Notes under the pieces: model-generated
The model's input: only the letters and a program-made list of their open reading frames with translations
Told to the model about the DNA's origin: nothing
Database searches by the model: none
Translations under genes and position numbers: made by a program
NCBI GenBank assembly: GCA_963748015.1
Contig: CAVVHE010000005.1
Span: forward strand, 288,001 to 352,000
DNA length: 64,000 nt
Reading direction: 5' to 3'
Origin: Terriglobia bacterium
Lineage (GTDB): Bacteria; Acidobacteriota; Polarisedimenticolia; Polarisedimenticolales; JAIQFR01
Part shown: positions 1 to 9,900 of the stretch, piece after piece
Layout: each line of letters opens with the position of its first letter
Position numbering within the stretch: the first letter of the stretch is position 1

Positions 1-308
1 ACGAGGAAGTCCCCGACGACCCGCATCGTTCGCGGGCTCACGGCGCGGACCAGGTCGTCGAGGATCCTGTTGGTCACCGCCTCGTGGAAGTGCCCCTCGT
101 TCCGAAAGGACCAAAGGTACAGCTTCAGCGACTTCAGCTCGACGCACTTTCGGTCCGGCACGTAGTCGATCCTGATCGTCGCGAAATCCGGCTGCCCCGT
201 CCTCGGGCAGAGGCAGGTGAACTCGGGGCAAGTGAACTCGATCGAGTAGTCGCGCCCCGGCTGCGGGTTGGGGAACGTCTCGAGACGATCGGACGGTTTC
301 TCGGGCAC
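1..308 (-). CDS. queF: PreQ1 synthase / 7-cyano-7-deazaguanine reductase (3' end truncated by window edge; not in ORF track)
   Basis: Manual translation from GTG at 308 (SD GGGAGG upstream): [82 protein letters not shown], containing the EFT-LCP-TGQPDF and ELKSLKLYL QueF motifs. Confidence 0.95.
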   Translation of the reverse strand, partial: MPEKPSDRLETFPNPQPGRDYSIEFTCPEFTCLCPRTGQPDFATIRIDYVPDRKCVELKSLKLYLWSFRNEGHFHEAVTNRILDDLVRAVSPRTMRVVGDFL

Positions 309-383
309 CTTCGGTCCTCCCTGCCTGGTCCGCAGAGGGTAGCCCACCTCGCAGGTCGAAGCCAGCCGACCATTACCAGACGA

Positions 384-451
384 GTCCCGAGGCAGGAGGG
401 TCCTCAGACAGCCCTTTTTCGGGCTGACTGAGGACCCTCCTGCCTCGGGAC
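384..451. repeat. Long inverted repeat: 31-bp stem (1 mismatch) with TTTTTC loop
   Basis: gtcccgaggcaggagggtcctcagacagccc (384-414) / tttttc / gggctgactgaggaccctcctgcctcgggac (421-451). Confidence 0.95.
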
Positions 452-497
452 GAAGCCGGCAGCGGACCTCATGCCCGCATACTAGAATTGGGGGCTC

Positions 498-1754
498 ATG
501 ACGATCCCTCTGCCAGGGCGCATCCTCCCGCTCGCTCCGGGCACCTTCCGCGCTCTCCGCCACCGCAACTTCGCCCTGTTCTGGACCGGTCAGCTGGTCT
601 CGCTGACCGGAACCTGGATGCAGTCCGTGGCCCAGGGCTGGCTGGTGCTGCGGCTGTCCAACTCGGCGTTCCAGCTCGGCGTCGTCGGGTTCTGCGCCTT
701 CTCGCCGGTACTGCTGTTCACGCTGGTGGGCGGAGTCGCCGCGGACCGCGTCCCGCGCAAGGCGGCGCTGCTGTGCACCCAGACCCTGGCGATGCTCCAG
801 GCGGCGCTGCTGACGGCGCTGTCCGCGACGGGCTCGGTGCAGGTCTGGCACGTGGCGGTGCTCGCCTTCCTGCTCGGGACGATCAACGCGTTCGACGTGC
901 CGATTCGCCAGTCGTTCCTGTTCGACCTGGTCGGCCGGGAGGACCTTTCGAACGCGATCGCGCTGAACTCGATCGCCTTCAACGGCGCCCGCCTTATCGG
1001 CCCCGCGATCGCCGGCCTCGTCCTCGCGTACCTCGGCGAGACCGCATGCTTCCTGGTCAACGCGGCCTCCTTCCTCGCGGTCCTGGCCGGCCTTGCCCTG
1101 ATCCGGGTAGGGACGGCGGCGCGTCCGCCTGACGAGAGCTCGTGGCTCGGCGGGATCCGCGAGGGAATCCTGTACGCGTCGCGGACCCCCGGCGTGAGGA
1201 CGATTCTCGTCCTGGTCGCCGTGTCGAGCGTCTTCGGGATGCCGTATTCCATCCTGATGCCCGCGATCGCTCGGGACGTGCTCGGCGGCAATCAGCGAAC
1301 GCTGGGATTCCTGATGGGAGCTGCGGGCGCGGGAGCCGTTCTCGGCGCGCTGGCGATCGCCGGGCGCAGGTCCGCGGGCAGGTCCGGCATCGTCGTGGCG
1401 GTCTCGATGACCGCGTTCGGCGCGAGCCTCATCGCCTTCTCGCTCTCCCGGAGTTTCTGGCTCTCGGCGGCGATCCTGCACGTGATCGGCGCCGCGATGA
1501 TCGTCCAGATGGCGACGAGCAACGCCTTCCTGCAGCTCCTCGCCCCGCCCGCCCTCCGCGGGCGCGTCGTGAGCCTCTACACGCTCATGTTCCTCGGAAT
1601 GGCCCCGTTCGGCTCCCTCCTCTCCGGCATCCTCGCGAGGCTGTGGGGCACCCCCGTCGCCGTCGGCCTAGGCGGCGCCGTCTGCCTCGCCGCCGCCCTT
1701 GCCTTCGCTTACCGCACCCCCGGCCGCACCGTCGCGCCGACCGGTTCTTCCTGA
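498..1754 (+). CDS. MFS transporter (MFS_3/DUF894-like)
   Basis: 418 aa, about 12 hydrophobic segments; [26 protein letters not shown] start, GGVAADR motif A, LRGRVVS in second half. Confidence 0.9.
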   Translation: MTIPLPGRILPLAPGTFRALRHRNFALFWTGQLVSLTGTWMQSVAQGWLVLRLSNSAFQLGVVGFCAFSPVLLFTLVGGVAADRVPRKAALLCTQTLAMLQAALLTALSATGSVQVWHVAVLAFLLGTINAFDVPIRQSFLFDLVGREDLSNAIALNSIAFNGARLIGPAIAGLVLAYLGETACFLVNAASFLAVLAGLALIRVGTAARPPDESSWLGGIREGILYASRTPGVRTILVLVAVSSVFGMPYSILMPAIARDVLGGNQRTLGFLMGAAGAGAVLGALAIAGRRSAGRSGIVVAVSMTAFGASLIAFSLSRSFWLSAAILHVIGAAMIVQMATSNAFLQLLAPPALRGRVVSLYTLMFLGMAPFGSLLSGILARLWGTPVAVGLGGAVCLAAALAFAYRTPGRTVAPTGSS

Positions 1755-1921
1755 CGCTCCATCCGCCCTCCCATCAGGACACCGGTCCTCGGAAGCGAAC
1801 ACATCTCCGCCGGGATGGGCTCGGGTTGCGGGCGCGCGCCGCTCCTAGGTCGCCTGGCGCGGATTTCGCATTAGAATACGTGTCAAGCCCGCATCCGGGG
1901 GCGCGCGGGATCGGAGGCGTC

Positions 1922-2524
1922 ATGAAAAGGCTACGGCTCGTTCCCCTCGTGCTCGGCGCGGCGGTCCTGGCGCTCGGCGCCGCCGGCCCGACCACCAGCG
2001 AGGACTACGCGTACTCCACCTACCGCGAGCTGGGCGACCGTCTCACGGTCCTCGTGGACGGCTACCCGGCGGCGCTGCACGACGATGATGCCTACATTCC
2101 CCTCTCCGTCGCGGTCGGGCTCGGCGGTCCCGGGAGGAGCGTCGTCGTGACCCCCGAGTCGTTCACGCTGCTCGATCGGGACGGGACGGCACATGCCCCG
2201 GCCTCGTACCGGGAGATCGCGAGCAACTACCCCAAGCGACTGTTCGACGCGATGCTGTTGCGGTCGTACCCGATCGTGGTGGGGAACCAGTTCAGCACGA
2301 GCCTCAGATTGGCGGCGGACTTCTACCCGACCATGGTCCAGGGGGGAGTTCGAATCGACCGGGTGGAGCTCGGGCCGTTCACGTGGTTCCACACGGTGCT
2401 GTACTTCCCGCGACCCCAGGCCGGCCTCGAAGGCGTACTGACGCTCAGGATGAGCGGGGGCGAAGAGGCGCCGGTCGACGTCCGCTTCAGGATCCCGCGC
2501 GTCGTGGGGCGCCGGGAGAGCTGA
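1922..2524 (+). CDS. Secreted hypothetical protein
   Basis: ATG 1922 after GGAGG; signal-peptide-like MKRLRLVPLVLGAAVLALGAAG; globular-looking body. Confidence 0.75.
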   Translation: MKRLRLVPLVLGAAVLALGAAGPTTSEDYAYSTYRELGDRLTVLVDGYPAALHDDDAYIPLSVAVGLGGPGRSVVVTPESFTLLDRDGTAHAPASYREIASNYPKRLFDAMLLRSYPIVVGNQFSTSLRLAADFYPTMVQGGVRIDRVELGPFTWFHTVLYFPRPQAGLEGVLTLRMSGGEEAPVDVRFRIPRVVGRRES

Positions 2525-2542
2525 GGGCGCGCCGCGGAGCCG

Positions 2543-3688
2543 CTACCGGACGTCCTGGAGCGTGACCTTGATCGTCCGGGAGCGTCCTTCGCGCTTGACG
2601 GTCAGCGTGACCAGGGCCCCGACGCCGGCTCTCTCGAACGCGTAGTCGAGGTCGTCGGTCGACCGGATCGGCTTGCCGTCGAGCGCCGTGATGACGTCCC
2701 CTATAACGTAGCCGCGGCGGCTCCGGCCGATTCCCTCGATTCCCGCCCGGTCGGCCTGGCTGTCCGCGAGGACGGTCAGGACGACGACTCCCTCGATGTC
2801 GAGGCGGCCGGCCTGCGCGTCCGAGAGGTAACGCACTCCCGCGATGCCGGGATTCACGGCCCGGCCCTTCTCGATCAGCTGCGGCACGAGGCGCTTGACC
2901 GTGTCGACCGGTACCGCGAAGCCGATTCCCGCGGACGCGCCGCTCGGGCTGTAGATCGCGGCGTTGACCCCGATCAGCCTCCCGCTCGAGTCGAGCAGCG
3001 GCCCGCCGGAGTTCCCCGGGTTGATCGCGGCGTCGGTCTGGATCACGTCGCGGATGGTCCGGCCGTTCGGCGATTTCAGCTCGCGTCCGAGCGCGCTGAC
3101 GATCCCCGAGGTCATCGAGTGGTCGAGGCCGAACGGGTTGCCGAGAGCGAGGACCTTCTGTCCCACGAGCAGGTCGTGCGAGCGGCCGGGGGCGAGAGGA
3201 ACGAGCCGGTCCGCGGGAGCCTTGATCCGCAAGACCGCGAGGTCCTTCTCGGGGGCGGCGCCGACGACCTCGGCGTCCCATTCCGATTGGTCGGCGAGAG
3301 TCACCGAGAACTTGTCGCCGGCCTCGATCACGTGGAAATTCGTGACGACGCTCCCCTTCTTGTCCCAGACGAAACCGCTCCCCGTGCCCTGCGGAATCTG
3401 CATCACGTCGAACGACCAGAAATCGCGCCGGAGCGCGATGCTCGTGATGAACACCACCGACGCGGAGGCGCGGCGGAACACGTCGATGTCTCGGCGCTCC
3501 TCGGGGCCGAGCCCTTCCGGGAACGGCTCGGCGGGCGACGCCGCCTGTGCCGGGGCGGCCGGAGGAGACTCCTGGGCGCTCGCGCTCACCGCGGGCGCCG
3601 CCGCCCGCTCCGAGAGCAACCCCTTTCCCAGCGCGACGCCGGCAACGGCGACGAGCAGGCAGCCGAAGATCCACGCGCGTCCTCTCAT
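2543..3688 (-). CDS. HtrA/DegP-family trypsin-like serine protease with PDZ domain
   Basis: GTGSGFVW, TNFHVI, KDLAVL, IQTDAAINPGNSGGPL catalytic motifs; C-terminal PDZ (GDVITALDG); start re-set to MRGRAWIF. Confidence 0.93.
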   Translation of the reverse strand: MRGRAWIFGCLLVAVAGVALGKGLLSERAAAPAVSASAQESPPAAPAQAASPAEPFPEGLGPEERRDIDVFRRASASVVFITSIALRRDFWSFDVMQIPQGTGSGFVWDKKGSVVTNFHVIEAGDKFSVTLADQSEWDAEVVGAAPEKDLAVLRIKAPADRLVPLAPGRSHDLLVGQKVLALGNPFGLDHSMTSGIVSALGRELKSPNGRTIRDVIQTDAAINPGNSGGPLLDSSGRLIGVNAAIYSPSGASAGIGFAVPVDTVKRLVPQLIEKGRAVNPGIAGVRYLSDAQAGRLDIEGVVVLTVLADSQADRAGIEGIGRSRRGYVIGDVITALDGKPIRSTDDLDYAFERAGVGALVTLTVKREGRSRTIKVTLQDVR

Positions 3689-3741
3689 CGGGGATCCCTC
3701 CGGGGGCGATGATTTTAGCAGAGCGGAAGGGAGACGGGGGC

Positions 3742-4026
3742 TCAGCGCGGAAGGTCCGAGACGCTTCGCTGCTGCCGGCGCTGGTCGAACCAGGTCCCGA
3801 CGGCGACCGCGATCAGCATCAGGAAGAAGCAGAGAAAGAACCCCGCGACGAAGCCGCGGCTGAACGCCCGGCCGAGGGCGAGGTACAGCTCGCGGTGGGA
3901 TTCGAAGCGTTGGAAAGGGATTCGGTTGTGGTCGAAGTCGAGAAGGAAGGTCGCGATTGCGAGCACGCAGGCGGCGATCCCCGGAATCGAGAGGATCAGG
4001 GCCATTCGACGGTGGCGGCTGTTCAT
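3742..4026 (-). CDS. Small two-TM hypothetical membrane protein
   Basis: MNSRHRRMALILSIPGIAACVLAIATFLL...GFVAGFFLCFFLMLIAVAVG; purine-rich SD upstream. Confidence 0.65.
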   Translation of the reverse strand: MNSRHRRMALILSIPGIAACVLAIATFLLDFDHNRIPFQRFESHRELYLALGRAFSRGFVAGFFLCFFLMLIAVAVGTWFDQRRQQRSVSDLPR

Positions 4027-4217
4027 CGGCCCCTCCCCTTCGGTCTTGTCGCGATCGTCCCCTTGAGGAGTATTCGTCGAGGACGGGCTCGCCGCCAGTG
4101 GCAATTTTCGGCGCGGCGTCCGTGCCGCCCAACGACGGAACCGTAACGTTCGCGGCCACCGGCGCGGCAAACTAGAATGTCCGGGCGGAATGGTCCGCCA
4201 CCGAGGGCTCCTCTCCT

Positions 4218-6281
4218 TTGACCACCGAGAATCCGACCGCGTCCTATCGGCGCCGGCCGACGAGGATCGTGCGCATCGGCGACGTCCCTGTCGGCGGGAG
4301 CTACCCGATCCGCGTCCAGTCCATGACGACGCCGGCGACCACCGACACGGCGGCGACGGTCGGGCAGATCCTCCGCCTCGTGGAGGCCGGTTGCGAGATC
4401 GTGCGGGTCACCGTGCCCACCTCGGCGGACGCGGAGAGCCTTCCGGTCATCCGGAGGGAGCTCGCGTCTCGCGGAGTGCGGGTCCCGCTCGTCGCGGACA
4501 TCCACTTCACGCCCGCGGTCGCGCTGATGGCCGTCGAGCACGTGGAGAAGGTCAGGATCAACCCCGGGAACTTCGCCGACAAGAAGCGGTTCGCTCTCCG
4601 CGAGTACACGGACGCCGAGTACGAGGCCGAGATCGGGAGAATTCGCCGGCTCTTCGTTCCGCTCGTGAAGCGGTGCAGGGATCTCGGCGTCGCGATGCGC
4701 ATCGGGACCAACCACGGCTCGCTCTCGGACCGGATCATGAACCGCTACGGCGACACCCCCGACGGGATGGTCGAGTCGGCCCTCGAGTTCGTCCGCATCG
4801 CGCAGGACGAGGGGTACCGCGACCTCGTGCTCTCGATGAAGGCCTCGAACACCGTGGTGGTCCTCGCGGCCTACCGGCTGCTGGTCTCGCGCATGGACAT
4901 CGAGGGAATGGACTACCCCCTTCATCTGGGCGTCACCGAGGCCGGCGACGGCGAGGACGGGCGGATCAAGTCGGCGATCGGGATCGGAGCGCTCCTCGAG
5001 GAAGGCCTGGGCGACACCGTCCGGGTCTCGCTGACGGAGGACCCCGTCGAGGAGATCCCGGTGGCACGCGCCCTCGTCGAGCCGTTCAACGTCCGGCTGC
5101 CGGAATCGGAGGAGAAGCCCGCGACCGGATCCGCCGGCGGCTTCGCCCCGGCCCGTCGCGGCGGCCGCCGCGCCGCCCGGGAGATTGCCGTCGGGCGTCA
5201 CGGCGCGGGCGGGTCGCGCCCGGTACGGGTCGAGGTCCCGCTCGGTTCCTCCCCGCGAGACGAGGACCGCGCCAGGGGGGAGGCGGAGGGCGAGATCGGC
5301 CCGCGAGCGCCCGAGGGGACGCGCGCCGAGGTCCTCTCCTCGACGCTCGCCGGACGGGAGGACGCCGGCCCCTTCGCACGGCTCGCCGAATCGCTCTCCC
5401 GGCTCGACCCGTCGGTGGCGCTGTCGGCCCGGCTCGACCCCCGTCTCGATCCGGGCGTCGCGGCCGAGGTCCTCGAGACCGTCCTGCCGCACGCGAGCCG
5501 CATCCACGCCACCTTGCGCGCACCGCTCGATGCGGGCGCGAGCCTGCTCCTCGGCCGGCTGATCGAGGGCGCGGGACGTTCCGGCAAGCCGCTGCTCCTC
5601 GAGGCCGGCTCGACGGCGGGGAGCGCGGCGGAGGCCGTGGATCTGGCGCTCGCGGCGGCGCGCCGGGGGGCCTCGTCGTCCGTTGCCCTCCTGCTGGCGC
5701 TCGATCCCGCGCTCGGTCCGCCGCTGCTGCCGGTCCGGCTCCTCGCGGCGAGGCTCGAACTGGAACGGCTCGATCCGCCGATCGTGCTCGTCGATCGCCC
5801 TCTCGCGCGGGGCGCCGATCCGCTGCTTGGCCCGTCCGCCTCGCTCGGCGGGCTCCTCTGCGAGGGGATAGGCGACGCGATTCACATCGAAGGGGAGACG
5901 GCCGGCGCTTCCCGTAGGCTGGCGTACGGCATCCTCCAGGCAGCGCGGGTCCGGGTCACGAAGGCCGAGTTCATCTCGTGTCCGTCGTGCGGGCGCACGC
6001 TGTTCGACCTCGAGACCACCACGGCCCGGATCAAGGCGCGGACCTCGCACCTCAAAGGGGTCAAGATCGCCATCATGGGGTGCATCGTGAACGGGCCCGG
6101 CGAGATGGCCGATGCGGACTTCGGTTACGTGGGCTGGGGAGAGCAGAAGATCGCTCTCTTCGTGGGCAAGGACATGGTCGAGAAGGACGTTCCCGCCGCG
6201 GAGGCCGCGGAGCGCCTCGTCGAGCTGATCAAGCTACACGGGAAGTGGATCGACCCTCCGGCCGCTTCCCTCCCCGGATAG
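4218..6281 (+). CDS. ispG: (E)-4-hydroxy-3-methylbut-2-enyl-diphosphate synthase, long three-domain form
   Basis: IRVQSMT, LVADIHF, RINPGN, RIGTNHGSL, YPLHLGVTEAG, ISCPSCGR and MGCIVNGPGE 4Fe-4S motifs. Confidence 0.96.
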   Translation: MTTENPTASYRRRPTRIVRIGDVPVGGSYPIRVQSMTTPATTDTAATVGQILRLVEAGCEIVRVTVPTSADAESLPVIRRELASRGVRVPLVADIHFTPAVALMAVEHVEKVRINPGNFADKKRFALREYTDAEYEAEIGRIRRLFVPLVKRCRDLGVAMRIGTNHGSLSDRIMNRYGDTPDGMVESALEFVRIAQDEGYRDLVLSMKASNTVVVLAAYRLLVSRMDIEGMDYPLHLGVTEAGDGEDGRIKSAIGIGALLEEGLGDTVRVSLTEDPVEEIPVARALVEPFNVRLPESEEKPATGSAGGFAPARRGGRRAAREIAVGRHGAGGSRPVRVEVPLGSSPRDEDRARGEAEGEIGPRAPEGTRAEVLSSTLAGREDAGPFARLAESLSRLDPSVALSARLDPRLDPGVAAEVLETVLPHASRIHATLRAPLDAGASLLLGRLIEGAGRSGKPLLLEAGSTAGSAAEAVDLALAAARRGASSSVALLLALDPALGPPLLPVRLLAARLELERLDPPIVLVDRPLARGADPLLGPSASLGGLLCEGIGDAIHIEGETAGASRRLAYGILQAARVRVTKAEFISCPSCGRTLFDLETTTARIKARTSHLKGVKIAIMGCIVNGPGEMADADFGYVGWGEQKIALFVGKDMVEKDVPAAEAAERLVELIKLHGKWIDPPAASLPG

Positions 6282-6287
6282 CCGAGA

Positions 6288-6328
6288 CCGGAAGCTCGCG
6301 GCCCAATCCCGGGGCGGCGAGCTTCCGG
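6288..6328. terminator. Hairpin between convergent genes (possible terminator)
   Basis: 12-bp stem ccggaagctcgc / gcgagcttccgg between the ispG and cohesin stops; no U tract. Confidence 0.45.
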
Positions 6329-6352
6329 CCCGCGGTACCGCTAATCCGTCCG

Positions 6353-6994
6353 CTACTGCGGCTGCGTGAGCTTCGCGGCCGCTCCGTCGAATTCCACCGT
6401 GTCGATGAACCCGAGGGTGGAATCCTGGACTTTCGGAGTGTCGAACTTCAGCTCCGTCGTGCCGGGCGCGGTCGGATCCATCTTGAAGACGAGGCTCAGG
6501 ATGGTCCCGCCGCCGGCCCCGACGCCGTTCCCCGTCCCGCCGAGCTTGGACACACCGATCACGATCTTGTCGCCGCTGAAGTTCGTGACCACCGCCTGCT
6601 CGCCGGTCAGGGCGTCGCCCGCCATCCACGTGACGCTGCGGACGATTCCGGGGTTGGACAGCACGACGTTGAACGAGAACGCGAAGACATCCGTGGAGGT
6701 CGTCGGGCCGCCCAGTTTCACGTCCAGCTGGATCAGGCTGCCGGGCGACGTCCCGTTGAACGCCAGGACGACGAGATTCGGCGCGCTCGCCGTGCCGCTG
6801 GCGGTGAACACCGGAGTCTTCGTCGGCTCGATGGTGCCCCCCGACGACGAGCCCCCGCAGTGGGCCAGGAGAGGGAGAGAGACCAACATCAGGATCGAAA
6901 GCATGGGATGCCGCCCTCCGCGCTGGAGGAGTGATCGGGTCGTAGGTTGAATCTTCATGCTCGTTGCCCTTTTCCGGCCGGCGGGCGGGGTCAT
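6353..6994 (-). CDS. Cohesin-like domain lipoprotein
   Basis: Hydrophobic stretch then LLAHC-GGSSSGG (atypical lipobox); beta-sandwich pattern DVFAFSFNVVL...GTILSLVFK...GTTELKF; ATG 6994 overlaps the upstream TGA (ATGA); alternative starts at 6958 or later. Confidence 0.7.
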   Translation of the reverse strand: MTPPAGRKRATSMKIQPTTRSLLQRGGRHPMLSILMLVSLPLLAHCGGSSSGGTIEPTKTPVFTASGTASAPNLVVLAFNGTSPGSLIQLDVKLGGPTTSTDVFAFSFNVVLSNPGIVRSVTWMAGDALTGEQAVVTNFSGDKIVIGVSKLGGTGNGVGAGGGTILSLVFKMDPTAPGTTELKFDTPKVQDSTLGFIDTVEFDGAAAKLTQPQ

Positions 6995-9900
6995 CTCGCC
7001 CTCGACGAGGCGGCGGCCGCCGGCGTCACGTCCTGCCCGAAGTAGGTCGCGAGGAACGCGAGATCGTCTCCGTCCACCCGCCCGTCCTGGTTGAAGTCCA
7101 CGGTCGAGTCGAATGCGGGGTCGCTGATCCGGTACGGCGGCAGGCAGGTCGTGATGGTGCTCAGGCTCGCCCAAGCCCTTCCGAGCCGGGAGAGATCCAG
7201 GCCGTCCACCCGGCCCGATCCGTCGATGTCGGCCGTCGACACCGGGGCCTCGCAGGCGTCGCCCACGTGGTTGCCGTTGTAGTCGGACTGGCTCGAGTTC
7301 AGGAGATCGGGACAGTTGTCGCAGGCGTCGCCGACGCCGTCTCCGTCCCGGTCGGCTTGGTCGGGATTGGCGACGCAAGGGCAGTTGTCGCCCGCGACCG
7401 CGCTCTCCGAGCCCGCGCACGTCTCGTCGCTCCGGCAGGCCTCGTTGACCTGGCACGGGACCCTGCACGTCCCGTCCAGGCACGTCTCGCCGCTCCGGCA
7501 GTTGTTGTTCACCTGGCACGAGATCGTCTCGGCGATGCACGCCATTCTTTGCGTGTCACACTTCTCGTCGACCCGGCAATCGCTTTCCGTCTGGCAGGGG
7601 AAGTCGAGAGCCGGGACGCAGATGTCCTTGTTGACGTCGCACTTCCCGTCGACCGGGCAATCGCCGCCCGACTGGCACGGGATCACGAGGAAGGTGCACA
7701 GCTTCGTCACGCTGTCGCACCTCTCGTCCGTCCGGCACTCGCTGTCCGTCTGACACGGGATTCCCTGCGCGGAGACGCAGATCTTCCTGTCGGCGTCGCA
7801 CTTCTCGCCGCTCTCGCACTCCGTGTCCTGCTGGCACTGGGTTTCCTGGAGGATGCACACTTTTCTCGTACTGTCGCACTTCTGCCCGCGCCTGCACCCG
7901 CTGTCGGAGAGACAAGAAACTTCCGGGACACGGACGCAGATCCTGCTCTGCGCGTCGCACTTCTCGTCGCTCCGGCAGTCGTTGTCCACCTGGCACGAAA
8001 CCGCCGGGACGACGCAGACCTCCAACGTGGTGTCGCACGCCTCGCCGCTCCGGCACTCGCTCTCGGTCAGGCACTGGATCGCCGGAACGGCGCAGACGCC
8101 CGTCTCGGGGGCGGCGCCACACGCGCAGGTCGAGGACAGCGGAGCCAGCGGGTTGCAGGAATCGCTGATCGCGCCGATGCCGTCACCGTCCGAATCCGGG
8201 AACTCGCAGCCCCTGAGGGCCTCGTCCACCGCGCCGTCGCAGTTGTTGTCGAGCCCGTCGCACCTCGTCTCGGTGCCGGCCTGATAACCCTGGCCGGGCA
8301 CGGGGGTGCACTGGGCGATCGAGCACGACTCCGAGCCGTTGCAGGTCTCCCTCACGCAGGTCTCGTAGGGGTAGCAGTCCGAGCCGTCGAGGCACGAGTT
8401 GCCGAGGAGGCTGCACCTGCCGGGCCGGCACTGGTCGTCGCCGGTGCAAACCTCGCGGGATTCGCTGCACGTCGACCGAGTCAGGCACTTCTGCGCGCCC
8501 AAGCAGGTGCCGCCGGAGCATTCGAGATCCAGATGGCAGGGCGTCGAGGGGTTGTTGCTGCACGTTCCCGTCGGACAGTCGGCGTTGAGGTCGCAGGGAT
8601 CGACCTCGGCCGCGGAGCAGAATCCGTACCGGCAGACCTGCTCGCCGTACTTGCAGCTCGCTCCCTCGGCGCAATCCGAGTTCTTCGCGCAAGCCGTCGC
8701 CGGGTTGTCGCTGCAGCTCCCCGCCGGGCAGTCCTCGTCGACGCTGCAGCTGGCCCCCTTGGCGACGTTGCACATCTTTCCCCTGCAGTCGGTGTCGGTG
8801 TTGCAGAGCTGCGTCGAGGTGGTGCTGCACTGCCCCTTGAATCCCGGGGCCTTGCACGCCTTGGAAGTCGCGGCGCAGACTCCGTTGCCGCACGTGTTGA
8901 ACCCATCGTCCACGAGGCCGCTGCAGTCGTCGTCCACGCGGTCGCAAGTGTTGTCGACGAGCCCCGGGTTCATCCCGCCGTTGAAATCGTTGCAGTCGTC
9001 GAGCGGCGTGCCGTCGGAATCGTACTTCCTCGGCGCGTAGTCCCCCTTCCGGTTGCACGAGCCGGCCGACTCGCAGTCCGCGCTGGTCTTGCAGAGCTTG
9101 CTTGGATCGCCGCTGCAAACGGTGAAGTCCTGGCACGTTTGCCCCGAGGGACAGTCGATGTCCGCCCGGCAGGTCAGGTCGAAGGACCCGCTGCAGACCT
9201 TGGAGGGTTGGCACACCCCCGAGACCTGGCCGTCCGGGACTCCCCAGCCGTCGCCGTCGGCGTCGCGGTACCAGTCGCCGGTGGGAAGCATCTCCGCCTG
9301 GCTGCACGTGTCCAACTGCGGGCATTCCGCGTCCGTCGTACAGACGCTTTGGTCCTGCGTGCATCGGTTGTCCCGGCACGCCGGGGCCGGGCAGTCCTCG
9401 TCGGTCCGGCAGTGGGTGCTGGGCGACAAGGCGCAGGTCTTGCTCCCGTCCGCGAGTCCGTCGCAATCTTCATCGAGGCCGTTGCACGTCTCCGTGGCCC
9501 CGGGGTGGATGCTGGCGTCCGTGTCGTTGCAGTCGCAGGCGGTGGACGCCCAGCCTCTTCGGGGCAGGCACGTCTGGATCGTGATGCCGTCGTCGCCGAA
9601 GCTGTCGCCGTCGGCGTCCCGGTAGGCCGTCACGACGGGGATGCCTTCGTCGATCTGCCCGTCGCAGTCGTCGTCGAGCTGGTTGCAGATCTCGGCCGCG
9701 CCGGGGCGGATCGAGATGTTGTAGTCGTTGCAGTCCTCGCCGCGAGTCAACCAGGTCACGGTCCTTTCGCACCGGTCGGTCCCCGGGCAGTCGCTGTCCA
9801 CGCTGCACTCGACGAGCGGGTTCTCCCTGCACACCTTGAAATTCAATGGGCGGCACCCGGTGACCGCCTTCGCCGCGTTGCCGTATTGGTCGCCGTCCAC

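Noticed and set aside
14..28. 15-nt match (cgacgacccgcatcg) between queF and the rod-element core
   Set aside because: Lies in ordinary coding sequence with no flanking similarity; probably chance in GC-rich DNA
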